Source: Hydrolagus colliei (taxonomy: Eukaryota). From it: a stretch of DNA of 64,000 nt. Shown piece after piece: positions 51,101 through 63,942 of the stretch; within the stretch, counting starts at the first letter, position 1; every line of letters starts with the position of its first letter. Both the position numbers and the translations under genes were made by a program. The notes beneath the pieces are model-generated. The model made no database searches, was not told the origin of the DNA, and worked only from the letters and a program-made list of their open reading frames with translations. The DNA lies in contig CM068750.1 of the NCBI GenBank assembly GCA_035084275.1, forward strand, positions 14,012,001-14,076,000, written 5' to 3'.

Positions 51101-53714
51101 TAACAAGGCATCTCAGGTGCTTCACAGAATATACTATACAGTGAATTGATGGAGATTTTTGGGGTGAAACATGGCAGCCAATTGCCCACAGCAGTGTCTT
51201 GCAAATTCGTGAATTGAGTGACCAAATTATTTAGTATTTATTTTGAAGGAATTATTACCCTTGGAAAAGTGATCCACCAATTGACTAGCTACTTATTGCT
51301 CGGTAAACAGAGACATGTGAAGTATGGAAATGTGCCCAACGCTTCACCCTGCCGGGAATCAAACCTAGGTGCTCTCACTTGTGAGGCGAATGCTCTAACC
51401 ACTAAACTACAGGACTGCAAATGGAATGGAGTGCCACCTCTTTCCGCACAGGACGTATCTTGCCCACCTAACCTAAGCATAGATTGACGAAAACCAAGGC
51501 TCCGGAGCTGCCTCATCTAATGTCCAGACTCCATTCCAGAGGAGTTAGCAGGCAGTGTTCATGATCAGGAACATTGGTGAATTAGCCCTGGTCTTAGCCC
51601 AAAGCCAATTGCAGTGCTCAGCTCTAACCAACCCACCAACCCAGTGTAGACCTGGGATGGAATTGAGTACATCTGGCTCTAGGTTTCCTTGTTCTGCATC
51701 ATGGTTGCCCAGCGCAGAATTATCCCTGTTTGTTTGAATGGTTTACAAGGGACGCGGGGTGGGGTAATACAGTGGCCTGCCTTGTCGCTGCACTTTTGTT
51801 TGCTGAATAAATACATTTATGCATTCAATATGGAACAACTGGCCAGAAAAGTGAGCCATTTTCCTCAAATAACTTATTGACTGAATTAACTGGGATACAA
51901 GCAACAGCAAAAAAGCATTAGGCAAATGTCATTCAATAATCAATGGAGACCTGCAAACATTGGCAAACAGGAACCAGCTGTTGCTTGTCTCCCAGTTATA
52001 GCTGCTCTAAACAGCAAGAGTAACAATGGTTGTGGATTATGTTTTTCACAACATGGATTTTCTGTCCTCAATAATCACAAGAATGCGTTTGGACACATTG
52101 TCAACTCCCCAGTGTGTGGTCTCATCGCTGGTGATCTGTACATCATCACTACTCCTCTTGTACCCAGTTACTGGGACTGATCACACTGTATCTCACTCTC
52201 TCTCCCCATCCTCTCTGATCATGATGACTCTCATGAAGACACTCGTGCTGTGACTCAAGCTATGGTCACATTACAACTCTCTCCCTTTTTCTCTTAACCC
52301 TCTGCTCTTCCCCAGTTACACTGCCAGTGTCTTTCACTCTCTCTCTCTCTTTTGCATAACACTTTCAGGCCTCCTACATTCATTCTCAATCCTTCCCTTC
52401 CTTCCCCCGCCCATTCCCCTTACAGTTCTGTTCAGGCCAACGTAAATGATGTAAAACATGCCATCAATCCAAAAGAACAGTTTCTTCCAGTGTCCCGGCC
52501 AACAATCCCCCAAATAAAATTGCTCACGGCTCTTGTAGTTCGTCGTAGACATGCACAAACATGCTGCTGGGTTCACCCACAGATACACAGTCACTACACT
52601 TTACAGTAAATCTTGTGATGAAGTGCTTTGAGCTATATTCCCAAACAAGGAATATTATTAAGTGTGAGCCCAGAGGGAGAGAGACAGTGAATGACAGTAG
52701 GGGAGACATCAAGGCAGCACAGTCAAATCTGTGACCTGTGTAATGTGTCAGCAACACCTTTACTCACTACACCATCAGGGGAGATCAGTTATTGGATTTT
52801 TAAAGCCTGGAATTGCACCAGTACAATACAGTGCGTGTTCCTTAATGGACTGAGCACCACAGATGTTTCTCAGCATATGCAACAAAAAAATCAATGCACT
52901 TGCTCTACAACTCATTTTTCATGAGGTGAGAGAGGGAGAGAGAGAGAGAAAGAGAGAAACACAGAGAGAGGGGCATCAGATTAAGGATATCAAGTTAAAA
53001 CCGCTGACAGTCCCCAGATATTCCAGTACTTACACAATAAGGGGATAATAGCCCAATAAATCTAAAAAGGTAAACTTGCACAAAGTGGATTACCGTCAAT
53101 ATTAATAGGAAAGATGCTACATCTTGGAAGGGAAATTATAGACACATTATCCTGGGCCTCGGAGGGTTAAATATCTCAATATTTACAGGCAGAGCTTGGT
53201 TTGAATTAGGGCTTTTAGCCCAATTGCTTTACAAAAGAGCTGCAATTACATTATCTTCCCAGATCCCGCGTTTAACTCGAGCAGCTTCCTGCAGCTATCT
53301 GTGCAAACACTCGGGGGGTGGGGGTGGGTAGGGGGCCGGGGGGGTCGAAAGGCTTCGCCGTGACCCGGTGACTTGGTTAAGAGGCCGAACGCATTGTGTC
53401 TGAACGTGGAAATGAAGCAGCTGTGCATGCAGCTCGAAACGTCAACACAGTCCATCACCGTCGCAGTTACTTGTCAACATTCATTTGTTAAAGGCCTCCC
53501 GGCATCTTAGAACTTTGACTTCATTGACAAACATCCAGATACAGCACCGCGCCAGGTTTATTATTTCCATGCAGCCAGATCTCTTCATTGCCATTCCATT
53601 CGGCAGGAGACGTCCGGCAGTTATTTCATTAATCCGATTGACAAAAGAAAAACCCTGGATTTTTTTTGGGGGGGAACTCGTCTCTTAAGATCAGCTCACA
53701 GCCTCAGCTGCAGA

Positions 53715-54326
53715 ACACTTTATTGGATTTATATCCAGAGGAAAAGAGTGTAAAATAGGGAATTTATGTAATATTTATCTAAAAGCTTGGACAGACCACA
53801 TTTCGAGTACTTTGTGCAGTTCTGGTTGCCAAGGATGGATATTGTAGTAATTGAGAGTGCTGCTAGATTTATTAGGAAGTTACAAGGAATGAATGGATGC
53901 AACTACAGTATCACAAAAGATTGGATAGGTTAGAGTTACTCTCTCTGGAGAGGAGACCCAAAAGAGATGTTTAAGATTACGAAAGGATTCTATAACATAA
54001 GGTACATATTACTCGGCTGTTTCCACTTGTTGGCAAGTCCAAAATGAGAGGATTTAAATATAAGACAGCCAGCGGCAGATATAAAAGGGAGTTCAGGAGG
54101 AACATTTAATGCAGAGTGGTGGAGAGAAAATGGAATTCACTGCTGTGGTTGAAGCAAAAAGCTTCACCGTATTTAAAAGGAAACTTGATACATACATGAA
54201 GGAGAAGGGAATAGATGGGGTTTAGGAGAGGGAAATAACGGGGATGGAGGTTAGCATGGAACGCCAATATGGCACAAACTAGTTCAGCCAAACAACCTTT
54301 TTGCTTGTCGTATTGTTATATCTATG
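53715..54326 (+). mobile_element. Old degraded CR1 3' fragment
   Basis: Homology to CR1 ORF2 C-terminus (GGATTTATATCCAGAGG, GTGCAGTTCTGG, TTTCCACTTGT, TTTAAAAGGAAACTTGAT), ending TCTATG. Confidence 0.7.
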
Positions 54327-57300
54327 TAACAATGTATTTTGTACACAATTTGCACACAGCAACATACCACAAGAGCCATGAAGTGAAAAATTAATTTAAT
54401 TGAAGGATTGATGGATAAGCCCCCATGACAAATTAGCTTTCTCTTTTTGAACAGTGTCATGGCATCATCAGCATTTACGTGAACATGCAGACAGGATTTG
54501 GTTTTGCCCCAAAACGTAGTTAGTACACTTCACAGTAAAATCCTGTGAAGCGCTTTGAGACGAAGGTGCAATGTTAAATGCAAGAATTGTTATAAATTAC
54601 TTCATTAATGTTTCATCTGAAGGATACAATCTCTGAAAATGCAGTGGAACCCCAGCACTGTATTAAAGTCCTGTCATGGTACTTGAACCCACAAGCGTTT
54701 GATTCAGATACGAGATTGCCAGGCTGACACATATTAAGGTTCATCTTGTGACAAGAGTGAGTTGGACTTCTGAGGACTAAAGACAACACATGTTATGCCT
54801 GCCCACTGCCCAGTTCTATCTGTGCCACCAATTCAACAGCTGCTCATCTTTTAGACAGGACTTGAATCATGAGAGGAGCTTGCTGCTATCAGCAAAGAGA
54901 ATGTCACCTTCTAAATGAAATCTTCTGGGTCACAGATGGTGAGATGCCCGGTTCCATGAGGGGACCTGGGAAGGTGCTGTGATAAGTAGGCGAGTGCCTT
55001 ATTTTTAATGATCCAATAGCAACTTTGTTACAGTGGATCCAGCCTTTCAGTGATGGAAGAATGTCATTGCCCGCTTACAGCTCCAGAAAGGTTCAGGGTT
55101 CAAATTTACCCACTCAGCAATGGAAAAAATCATTCCGCGCAAAGGCACAGGACAGACAGCTTCACCAGGCAATACGTTGAAGCTGGATCGGAGACTGGCC
55201 TGCAGATTGTTGTAATTGAAATGTTGGCGCAACAAATGAACGAACAAACGGAATTGAAGTCCAATTTGTTGTCAAATGTGAAAGGGATTCCTCAATCAGG
55301 AATCACACCAAGATTGCCACCAAACCACGGGAACTCACTCCACTCTGTTTTAGATCATGTCTGAGTAGTTTGGCGTGATACACTTCCAGCTGCCATCCAT
55401 GTCCCAAATTCCTGTCCTACAAATTTCAAGCCATTAAGAAATATCGCAGATTAGACTGCATGGTATTACATGACCTTTAACACAACTACAGCTCCCACTT
55501 TGATATAATACAACCTGAATGAACAAAAAAAGTCAGATCGTTTTATCGAATATTATGCTCCACTGTAAAGAGTAAACATTTTTGATGTTTCACCCACAGT
55601 CGATTCATTTTACTGTATATTCTGTGAACTGCTAGATCAAATGCAAGGATTATTATAAGATTTAAAATTTTAAAATTCATCAGCATTTGTAACCAAAGTT
55701 ACAATTGTAACCCAATCAATAATCCCACGTTTCCAAACAAAGCAAATAAATTTAATTATTAAATAGAGTTTCAGGGTTTATCTCTAAAGCACGATCAGAG
55801 CATTTCACCAATGTCAGTGGTTTCATTATCTAAAATAAATACACATTCTGATTATCCCACTTTCTTAACTCAATTCCAATGCAACAAGGTGACTACGTGC
55901 AATGGAATGCAAAAACCTCCAGCTAAGCAGAGGCCTTGGGAGACAAACAGAAAGAGAGAGAGAGAGAACACACAAATCAAAATAGAAAGGGAAAGAGAGA
56001 GACATCCAGTATTGTCAGCAAATTCCTTTCCTACCAAATTGAAGCCACAAAGAATTGGAGAAAATGACGTCGAAAAAATACACACAAGCAGAACTTGACC
56101 GCTGCGTTAAGCCGCAGGCATGAACCGTTCTCCTGGCTACAAACATTATCCTACTTGGTTAAGCAATAAGATACTAGAGTTAATATTGTTAAATCTACAG
56201 ACAACCTCACAGGGACTTTTGGCCCAATTCCAGGACTGAGTTCTTCCATGCAAAGTTTACTTGGAAATGCTGCCTTATTGCGCTATAGAAAGTGATACCT
56301 TTGACTCTGGAGGCACAGGGTGTACAAACTAATAATAATAATGATAATAATAATAATATTATAGAAATGGAGCATCCAATTGAGCACAGCAATGTTCTTC
56401 AAGCAGTGGTGGATTGAGTGACCAAATTATTATTTACTTATTTATTTATGATATGATGCATCTATGTAATTTATCCCTCAGATAAAATTTGGTCACTCAC
56501 TTAACAGACATTGCTCTGCGCAAAATAGCTGCTGCCTTTGCCCACAATTTCAGTCACCGCCACTCTGCATTAAATCCTGTGATGCACTTTGCGACATCCT
56601 TTATGGTATAACCTTCGAAGATATTTTGTAAAAAAAAATAACATGACAACAATTGGACAGATCAAATGTGGCACTTTTGTAAACAGTGAAGAGCAACACA
56701 ATTTTTCAACTCGATCTGCGATCTTGTAACACCTGAAATATTCAGCAAAGTACCACTCAGTGGCGGAGCCATGAGCAGCAAGAAGCTGGACTTAAGCTGG
56801 AAGAGGAGAACACTATACAGTATAGTGTAACACTCACTCATAGCTCTGGCAACTAAACACGGCCACCCACCCCATCTGGATCTATATTTCCACTATTTTG
56901 ATTTATTATTAGTTATTTGCTTTGCAGTTGTTTGTGGGATATGGTTGTGCACAAATTGGCTGCCGCTTACACCTACAAATTACATAGTCACACCACTGTA
57001 GCAAATTCTGTGAAGCGCTTTGAGACATCCTAAAGGCAAAGTCAAGTGCTATACCAAATTATTATTATTTTAATTTTGTGACGTTAAAGAGAATCTAGAA
57101 TTTGGAAAATTCTTAAATATGTCATTAATTTTGTAGCCTGTTTTCTGCAAGTTGTTTTAAGAGCCACACAAAAACAGAAGTTTCAAGGTTAAGACTGAAT
57201 TCATCAAATGATCCAATTCTGGACACACTGAAATGCTACTCAGAAAATGAGTAGAGGGAACTCCATGAAGTAATTAGAGTTAGAATGGAGGCTGTGTATG

Positions 57301-59224
57301 CTGGCGAGGTGGGCGGTTGGATGGGAGGGAGGAGAAGGTGGAAAATTAAGACTGCAGGGAAGACAGAGATAAGGTGATGCAAGGACAGGGAAGGCATTTA
57401 AAAGTTAGAATGAAGATATTAAAGTGAATCTGCTGTGAAATAGAAAACCAAATGGAGCCTGACGAGGATTGGGGGATGATGGACTCAAAGTGTCTGATAC
57501 TGGAACCAATGAGGAGTGCACAGCCCAGTCATAAATGAGCATCAATCTCACAGTAATACCCAACGCTAAAAAAAACAGCCAGGCGTATATATTTTCACAG
57601 TTCGCAACTTTAAAAAATTTAAATTGGAACGCAACGCTGGATTACTTTCAAGTTGTTAGTTGATTAAAAAAAAGCTCTATTATGCAGTTGCTCTCTCATG
57701 CTTAAAGCTTTTTTTTTCCCCCCTCCTGAAATAAAAACCAAGACTTCATTCCATCCTTTGATCAACAGTCTTGCCGTTTAATTTTTCCTCACCAAAACAT
57801 CCTTCTGAAAAGTCCACTATGATTATTTTATACACATGTCTATATTATATAGATGTAATATAAATAAAAAAGGACAATTGGGTCAAATAGGTTCTTTGGT
57901 TTCTTGCAGTCTGAAGAATATTGATGGCAATGTTGCGTGAAGGTTTATTTTTTCAATTAAAAAAAAAAATATGGCCTGTAGAAGCACACATAAAGCAGAT
58001 ACTGTTTGTGCAAAGGGGTTGGAGAATGTGACTGGAATTTGGTATTGGCCTGGAGCTGGGGCTGGTTAATATTACACAGGGCTGGAGTCACAGGTCCCTG
58101 GAGAGGTTGGGTGGCTGTGGTGCAATCAGGGGGCATCTATTTTCCTACCAGCGCAGGGGGTTCGTTCTCTTCGAGTCGTGAACAAGGTCATTGTTCGGTA
58201 ACTGAAGTGCATGAATGCACAACACACGTCCTTTGTGTTCAGTGCATTTTGTTTGCTCATTGTACTGAACCATTGGAGGTCTTATGAAAGAACTTGGCTT
58301 CACATATTGATTTTCCATATAATATATACATATATATATGCACACACATATGTAAAAAACAGAAAATACATCAACATCAAACTACATCAGTGTTAAGCAC
58401 TCACATGCTACCCATATGAAGGCTACTATATAAATGCAAGTTGTTGTTGTTGTCATGTATAGATATATCAATTATATCTACTGTATATATGAAATACAAA
58501 AAACTGTTAAAATTCAGAAACAGTTTTCCCTGCCACAAACAGACCTGAACCTGTGGCACGTTTAACTGTGAATGAATGAGTGCTTCGGCAAGACAGCATT
58601 TGTCTTTACAATGTCAGGGCCAATTTCAATTTGTAGTTTCTTTAAAAATTCCCTTCTTCCTTGAGGTGCTGGTCTCTGCCAGAGCCCTTCTTCATGCATG
58701 AGTTTAGGAACAGAATGTTGGCTATTCAACCATGCAGCCCTCCACAGCTAACGCTTAGTCAACATCTGGATACATGCACTCTCCAGGAAGAGGGTCACTG
58801 GATAATGACTGGGGCTGGAAATGGTGATAGGGGTGGGGGGGAAGGGGGGAGAAAAAATTCCATTTGGGTCTAAACAAAAACATATTTTACGAATTTTAGA
58901 GTGGGCACCAAATTTTCTCTACAATTCTTAAAGACAATCATTTGGAAGTTGTTGTGTTTGTTTGTTTTTGGTACTTTCGCAAAGCAACAGGAAAAACAGA
59001 GGCTTTGAAACAGACTGAATTTAAGAATCACCTGGAAACACAAGTCCACAACCAGTTGAATTTGTTCCCTCCCACAGGAGTAAAAACAAGGCTGATTAAG
59101 ACCCGCTCAATGCTTCTCACCTCCCTAAACCAGGGGCTGGAGTCAGGTAGTGTTTTTGCAATTTCTTGGTGAAAAGCGCTATATTATTAAATGCAAGCAT
59201 TATTATTATAATCTCAAGGACTTA

Positions 59225-59580
59225 AATGCAAGATGTTTGGAAATACAAGCTAAATAGTAGTAGATCTAATTGGGAGTTTAGGAGGAATTTGTTCACGCAG
59301 AGGGTGGTGAGAACATGGAGCTCACTTCCAGATTCTGTGGTTGAAGCAGGGAACACCAATGTACTTAAGAATGTTTTTTTTTTTAAAAAGTTAAAAAGCA
59401 TTAAAAGTTGAAAACTTAAAACCTCAAGAGAGAACTCATGGCATACATGAGAAAGAAATAAATAGAGGGGTAGAGGAGAAAGGATTAGGAGGATAGTTGA
59501 ATCAAAGGAATAGGTGTGGGATGCAAACACCAGGAATAGTTGGGCTGTTTCAGTGTTGTATCAGACTACGTAACTCTATG
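59225..59580 (+). mobile_element. Old CR1 3' fragment
   Basis: ORF 59226 reads FRRNLFTQRVVRTWSSLP, the CR1 ORF2 C-terminal motif; ends CTCTATG. Confidence 0.75.
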
Positions 59581-61139
59581 CAACCATTATCCCAGCTGAG
59601 ACTCGCTCTCAGCTCAGACCAAGTATGAAAGCAACAACCTCTGGACTGTGAGACTTCATACCTTTACCCACTAGGCCATTGGGAGCCCCGACATCTGGTC
59701 AATTCTCAACATAAAAAGATAAAAGTAAATCTCGACAGACTCTCCAACTCCCCCATTGTTTAAAGTCCATTAACCTCTGCACCTTTCCTCTCGAGCAAGT
59801 TAGTGCCACAAAATGATTCAATATGTGAGGATTTCACGAAGAGGAGACTGACAGTAATTATTCTGCGAGGGTTGGAGGGCAGGGAGTTGGAGGGGAAGAG
59901 AAGCTTTCTGGCCTGACAACTTTCTGCTTTGGGAGACCACAACTTTGGTGACTGGTGAGCACATGTGCAATGCACAGACCGAAAGGGGCGAGCCCTCCAA
60001 GCAGACGAAAAAATAAAAATATTTTCCTTTTTAAAAAAAATTCTACTGATAACAAATTGGTTATTTCAATCCACAACTGTTTGTGGGACACACTTCTGTG
60101 CACAATTGGCTGCCAGGTTTCACCTAAACTATACAGTCAATTCACTTTACAGTATATTCTGTGAAGCACTTTGAGACATCCAGAAAACATGAAAAGCACT
60201 ATATCAAATGCAAGGATTATTACTATTATTGTATTACAGTATATTCTGTGAAGCTCTTTGAGATGTTTCAACGAAATTATAAGGCGGTATATCTAATGCA
60301 AGGATTTTCATCATTATTATTGAAGCCCAAGAAGCATTTGATATTTCTACTTTATCCTAAACCCAACAATGTTGAGCATTTGATTTGCAGTGTTCCTTGA
60401 ACCAAGAACCCACGTGCCAGCCCAGCCAGCCATCCACCTACAATTAGCAATTAACAAGTACTCCCTGTGTCAGACACAATTATATCAAGAACTTCAGACT
60501 GCGCAGTTTTCAGAGCAGCACTGAGATGCAGAGCAAGCAATTTCCCCAATGATCAATAAACCTGCCACAGCAACAAGGTACTGGAGGGGAACCCATTGTG
60601 CAGCATAATCTTATTACACGGTCACTCTAATATTCAAGCCTCCTGAAATAAAGAGGAATTGTTCTGCAGCTCCTGGGCTCGATGCATATTAAAGACCTCG
60701 AATAGTCACTAACCTAAGCAATTTTTAATATATTTAAATAAAAAAAGACTTTTATTGACTCTCACATTGCCGACTTCGTTTGGAAGATGGAATTTAAAAT
60801 TTTCTTTATTATGCTCCAGGGAGTGACGACAATGAGATTATAGTTACAGTTCAGTGTTGCAAAACTATCCCCACAGGTCAAGAGATTGGGCAAAGCCACC
60901 TCTATTTGCATTATGAATGACTGGAATACAAAATACGCTACACTTCAGAACTTGTGTTTTCAAATTGGGATAATAATAACACAGTTGATAGAGCATCTTA
61001 TGTCAAAACATCTCAAAGTGCTTCACAAAGCCCCACGTAGTGACTATATTTGTAGGCAAATGTGGCAGCCATTTTGCACATAGCGGTTTCTTTAATGTCC
61101 CCACAAACAGATAGATAAGACCTTGGCTTAATGTTTCAT

Positions 61140-61488
61140 CCTTGCACTTGGTATAGTGTCTTTCACATGGACGTCCCAAAGTGTTTCACATTAAACAAAT
61201 GACACATTGTTTTATTTGGGGGGAATTGTTGGTTGAGATGTTCGAAGAAACTCCCTTCTGTTTTTGAATAGTGTCACGGCAGCATCGTTAATGTCCACCT
61301 AAACAGTCAGACGGGACCTTGGTTTAAAATCTCATCCGAAGGACGACACCTCCAACAATGCAATGCACCCCCAGCACTGCAATAGAGATGTCAGTTTAGA
61401 CTATGTAAACTCAAGTCCCAATGTGAGACTTGAACCTACAACCTTCTGACTCAGAGGCGAGAGTCCTACACCTGAGCTAGGCTGGCAC
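61140..61488 (-). mobile_element. Near full-length DeuSINE (SacSINE1/AmnSINE-like): tRNA head, Deu core, L2-like tail
   Basis: Reverse strand: GCTCAGG..CTCTCGCCTCTGAGTCAGAAGGTTGTAGGTTCAAG head; core GGATGAGA..AAACCAAGGTCCCGTCTG..AGGTGGAC; tail GGGACGTCC..GAAAGACACTATACCAAGTGCAAG. Confidence 0.75.
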
Positions 61489-62304
61489 ACACATTCGTCT
61501 GAAGGATGGTACCACCTTCAGATGAGTGTGTAAGGAATATGAAATAATGTAAATTAACCCCAGCCCATCGTTGTGCATCCCCAACTCTGTCTTGAAGATG
61601 CTTTCTCTTAAAATCTAAATCCATCTACAAAAAGCCTGTTCACCTCCTGCAGATCCCGAGGGAATGTTTTGTTTTCACTGCACCGCTGATTAAGCACCAT
61701 TTCACAAGCAGCAGCCCCGCTGATCAAACAGCCTCTGACGGAAATGCATTGTTCTTACTCCTCACTGCTGCTAGCTCAGTGGACAGCTTGGGAGATTGCT
61801 TACTTGGAAGCTGTACATGAATTCATAGAATAGCAAGTTCCTTACAAACACACACATACATCGTACTGCACCAATGTGACTTGTCTGTATCCTTGCATAA
61901 CTCTCCAACGTCACAAAAATGCACACTGCCACAGAGACACACTCACACAGGTAATGACAATAGTATAAATGACATCCCATGGCACGCACATGCACATATG
62001 CAGATATAAAGGTATAACCCCTAGACCAAGCAACTTCTGGGACATCGTCCAATGCGAAAGGTGCTCCAAAAATGTAAATATATCCAATATCGCAAAGCTA
62101 ACGCTGTTTCTCCTGGGGGAGAAAGGGCTAAAAAATGGAATGTTCCATGATTATAAGACAAATTCTTTTTGAAGCGGTGCATGGATTCAATCTCTCTCTG
62201 AAATTGAGTGAAAAACAGCCGGCTTCTGAATTGGCAGGTCATCTGTGTGCACACAGCCCAGAGGATCTCACGATGGTGGTAGTGTGGGGGCGGGGGTGGG
62301 GGGC

Positions 62305-62588
62305 ATAGGAGAAAAGTTTGTGAGAAAGAAAGGAGTAGATGGGGATTGGGTAGGTGATGCATTCTTGGAAGCAAATTCGATACAGGCTTTCAAAAGGAAA
62401 TTTGTTGTGTACTTGCAAAGGAAATATGTGTAGTGTATGGGGTAAGAGCGAGGGAGTGGGAATAGTTGGATAAATTAGTACAGATCTAACAGGCTCAAAG
62501 GGCTGAATGGCCTACTTCCTATAGATTTTTCAGAGCCGGCACAGGCACGATGGACTCCATCTGTGTTGTAAGATTCTTTGATTCTATG
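62305..62588 (+). mobile_element. Old CR1 3' UTR fragment(s)
   Basis: TTCAAAAGGAAATT..GGGAGTGGG..GGGCTGAATGGCCT..GAGCCGGCACAGGCACGATGG..GATTCTATG. Confidence 0.65.
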
Positions 62589-63942
62589 TGATGCGCAAGC
62601 ATCACATAGAATGTGATGTAGTCAGTGCTATCCTCTTAAGGCATTCAAGGTGCATGGAACAATCATGTGGGCAAAGACCAAAGGGGAATACTCAGGAGGA
62701 GGAAGCAGACCTTGTAAACAATGCGTTTGGGCCACACTGAGGAGGCCGGGGAGGTGACTGGCATAGACTCCGAAGCAGGCGTTTTAACATTACCACAAAC
62801 AGAACAGATAGCTGGCATGAGGGGAGCTCAGTAATCATTCCCAGCCGGCAGTCTAACGCTGCACGAGGTCACATTTGAAGTGTGTAGCATCTGCCAAAAT
62901 TTGTTCTTTAAGAGAAAAAGGGAGAGAGAAAGAGAAAATATATCCAATCCTCGTCACCACAGCACATCAATAGCCTCAGCTCGGCTTCCTCCACAGCAGC
63001 AGAATTCCCCACTCGTCCTTCCAGGCATCAAATGAAGGTCACTAACCTTACATTACCCCCCCAACCTCTCCTCCCCTCCCCACACCAATCCCCCTCTCCA
63101 GCTCTGGCCAGAGTCCCAATCGCTCCCAGGCAGCATGCTGGCTCCACGCAGTCCAGGCTCCAGCACGATGGAACAGCAGCAGCATTTGAAAGAGTGTTTA
63201 GCATATCCATGGGAATTGCTGTGGATTGAAACAAAACTACCACTGCTCTAGATGAGTAATCAGGCAGAGCGCTTACCAAGTGATCAATTTGACCTCTGCG
63301 GAAAAAATGCTGTCTCCCTGGCCGGGGCTTGTCTCTGCAGATGAATGTACTCAGACATTCCACTCGCAAGCACAAGCAACTGCTGGCTCACCAGCAGGTA
63401 AATAATAATACTGTAATCATCATCCTTGCATTTGATATGGCGCCTTATTATGTTGTTGAGATGTCGTAAAGCGCTTCACAGTATCTACTGTAAAGTGAAT
63501 TGACCGGATATTTTGTGGGCTAAATCAGCAGGCAGTTGTGCACAGCAGTGTCCCATAAATGTTGTGGATTGAGAGACCACTTTTTTTTAAGTGAAGAGAT
63601 TATTACCCCTAGCAATCAACCAACAACCAACTTGCTGCTAGGTAAACAGGCATGTGGAGTGATAAAACTGTTAGTGGAGTGGAGTCCTTTAGCTCAGTGA
63701 TTAGAGCACTCGCCTTACAAGCGAGGGATCTCGGTTCGATTCCAGGAAGGGCGAAACCTTGAACAAGTTTCCTTACTCCACGCACCTGATAATAATCCTT
63801 AAAGAAAAAAACACAAAAATAAATTGGTCACGTCAATCTATGAATGTTTGTGGGGCAATGCTGTGTGCAATTGGCTGCCGTGTTTCACCCACAAATATAT
63901 ACTTTGAGACATCTGCAAGGATTATTATTACTATTATTATTA

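Noticed and set aside
63341-63397. Possible 57-nt exon (tctctgcag|ATGAAT...CAGCAG|gtaaat; MNVLRHSTRKHKQLLAHQQ)
   Set aside because: Splice signals are plausible, but I recognise no protein and see no partner exons; chance occurrence is likely.
63680-63755. tRNA-like sequence with A/B boxes and a TAC anticodon-like loop (also at 9762, 11142, 44151, 3836)
   Set aside because: No paired acceptor stem or Pol III terminator, and it continues directly into SINE body sequence. These are SINE heads, not tRNA genes.
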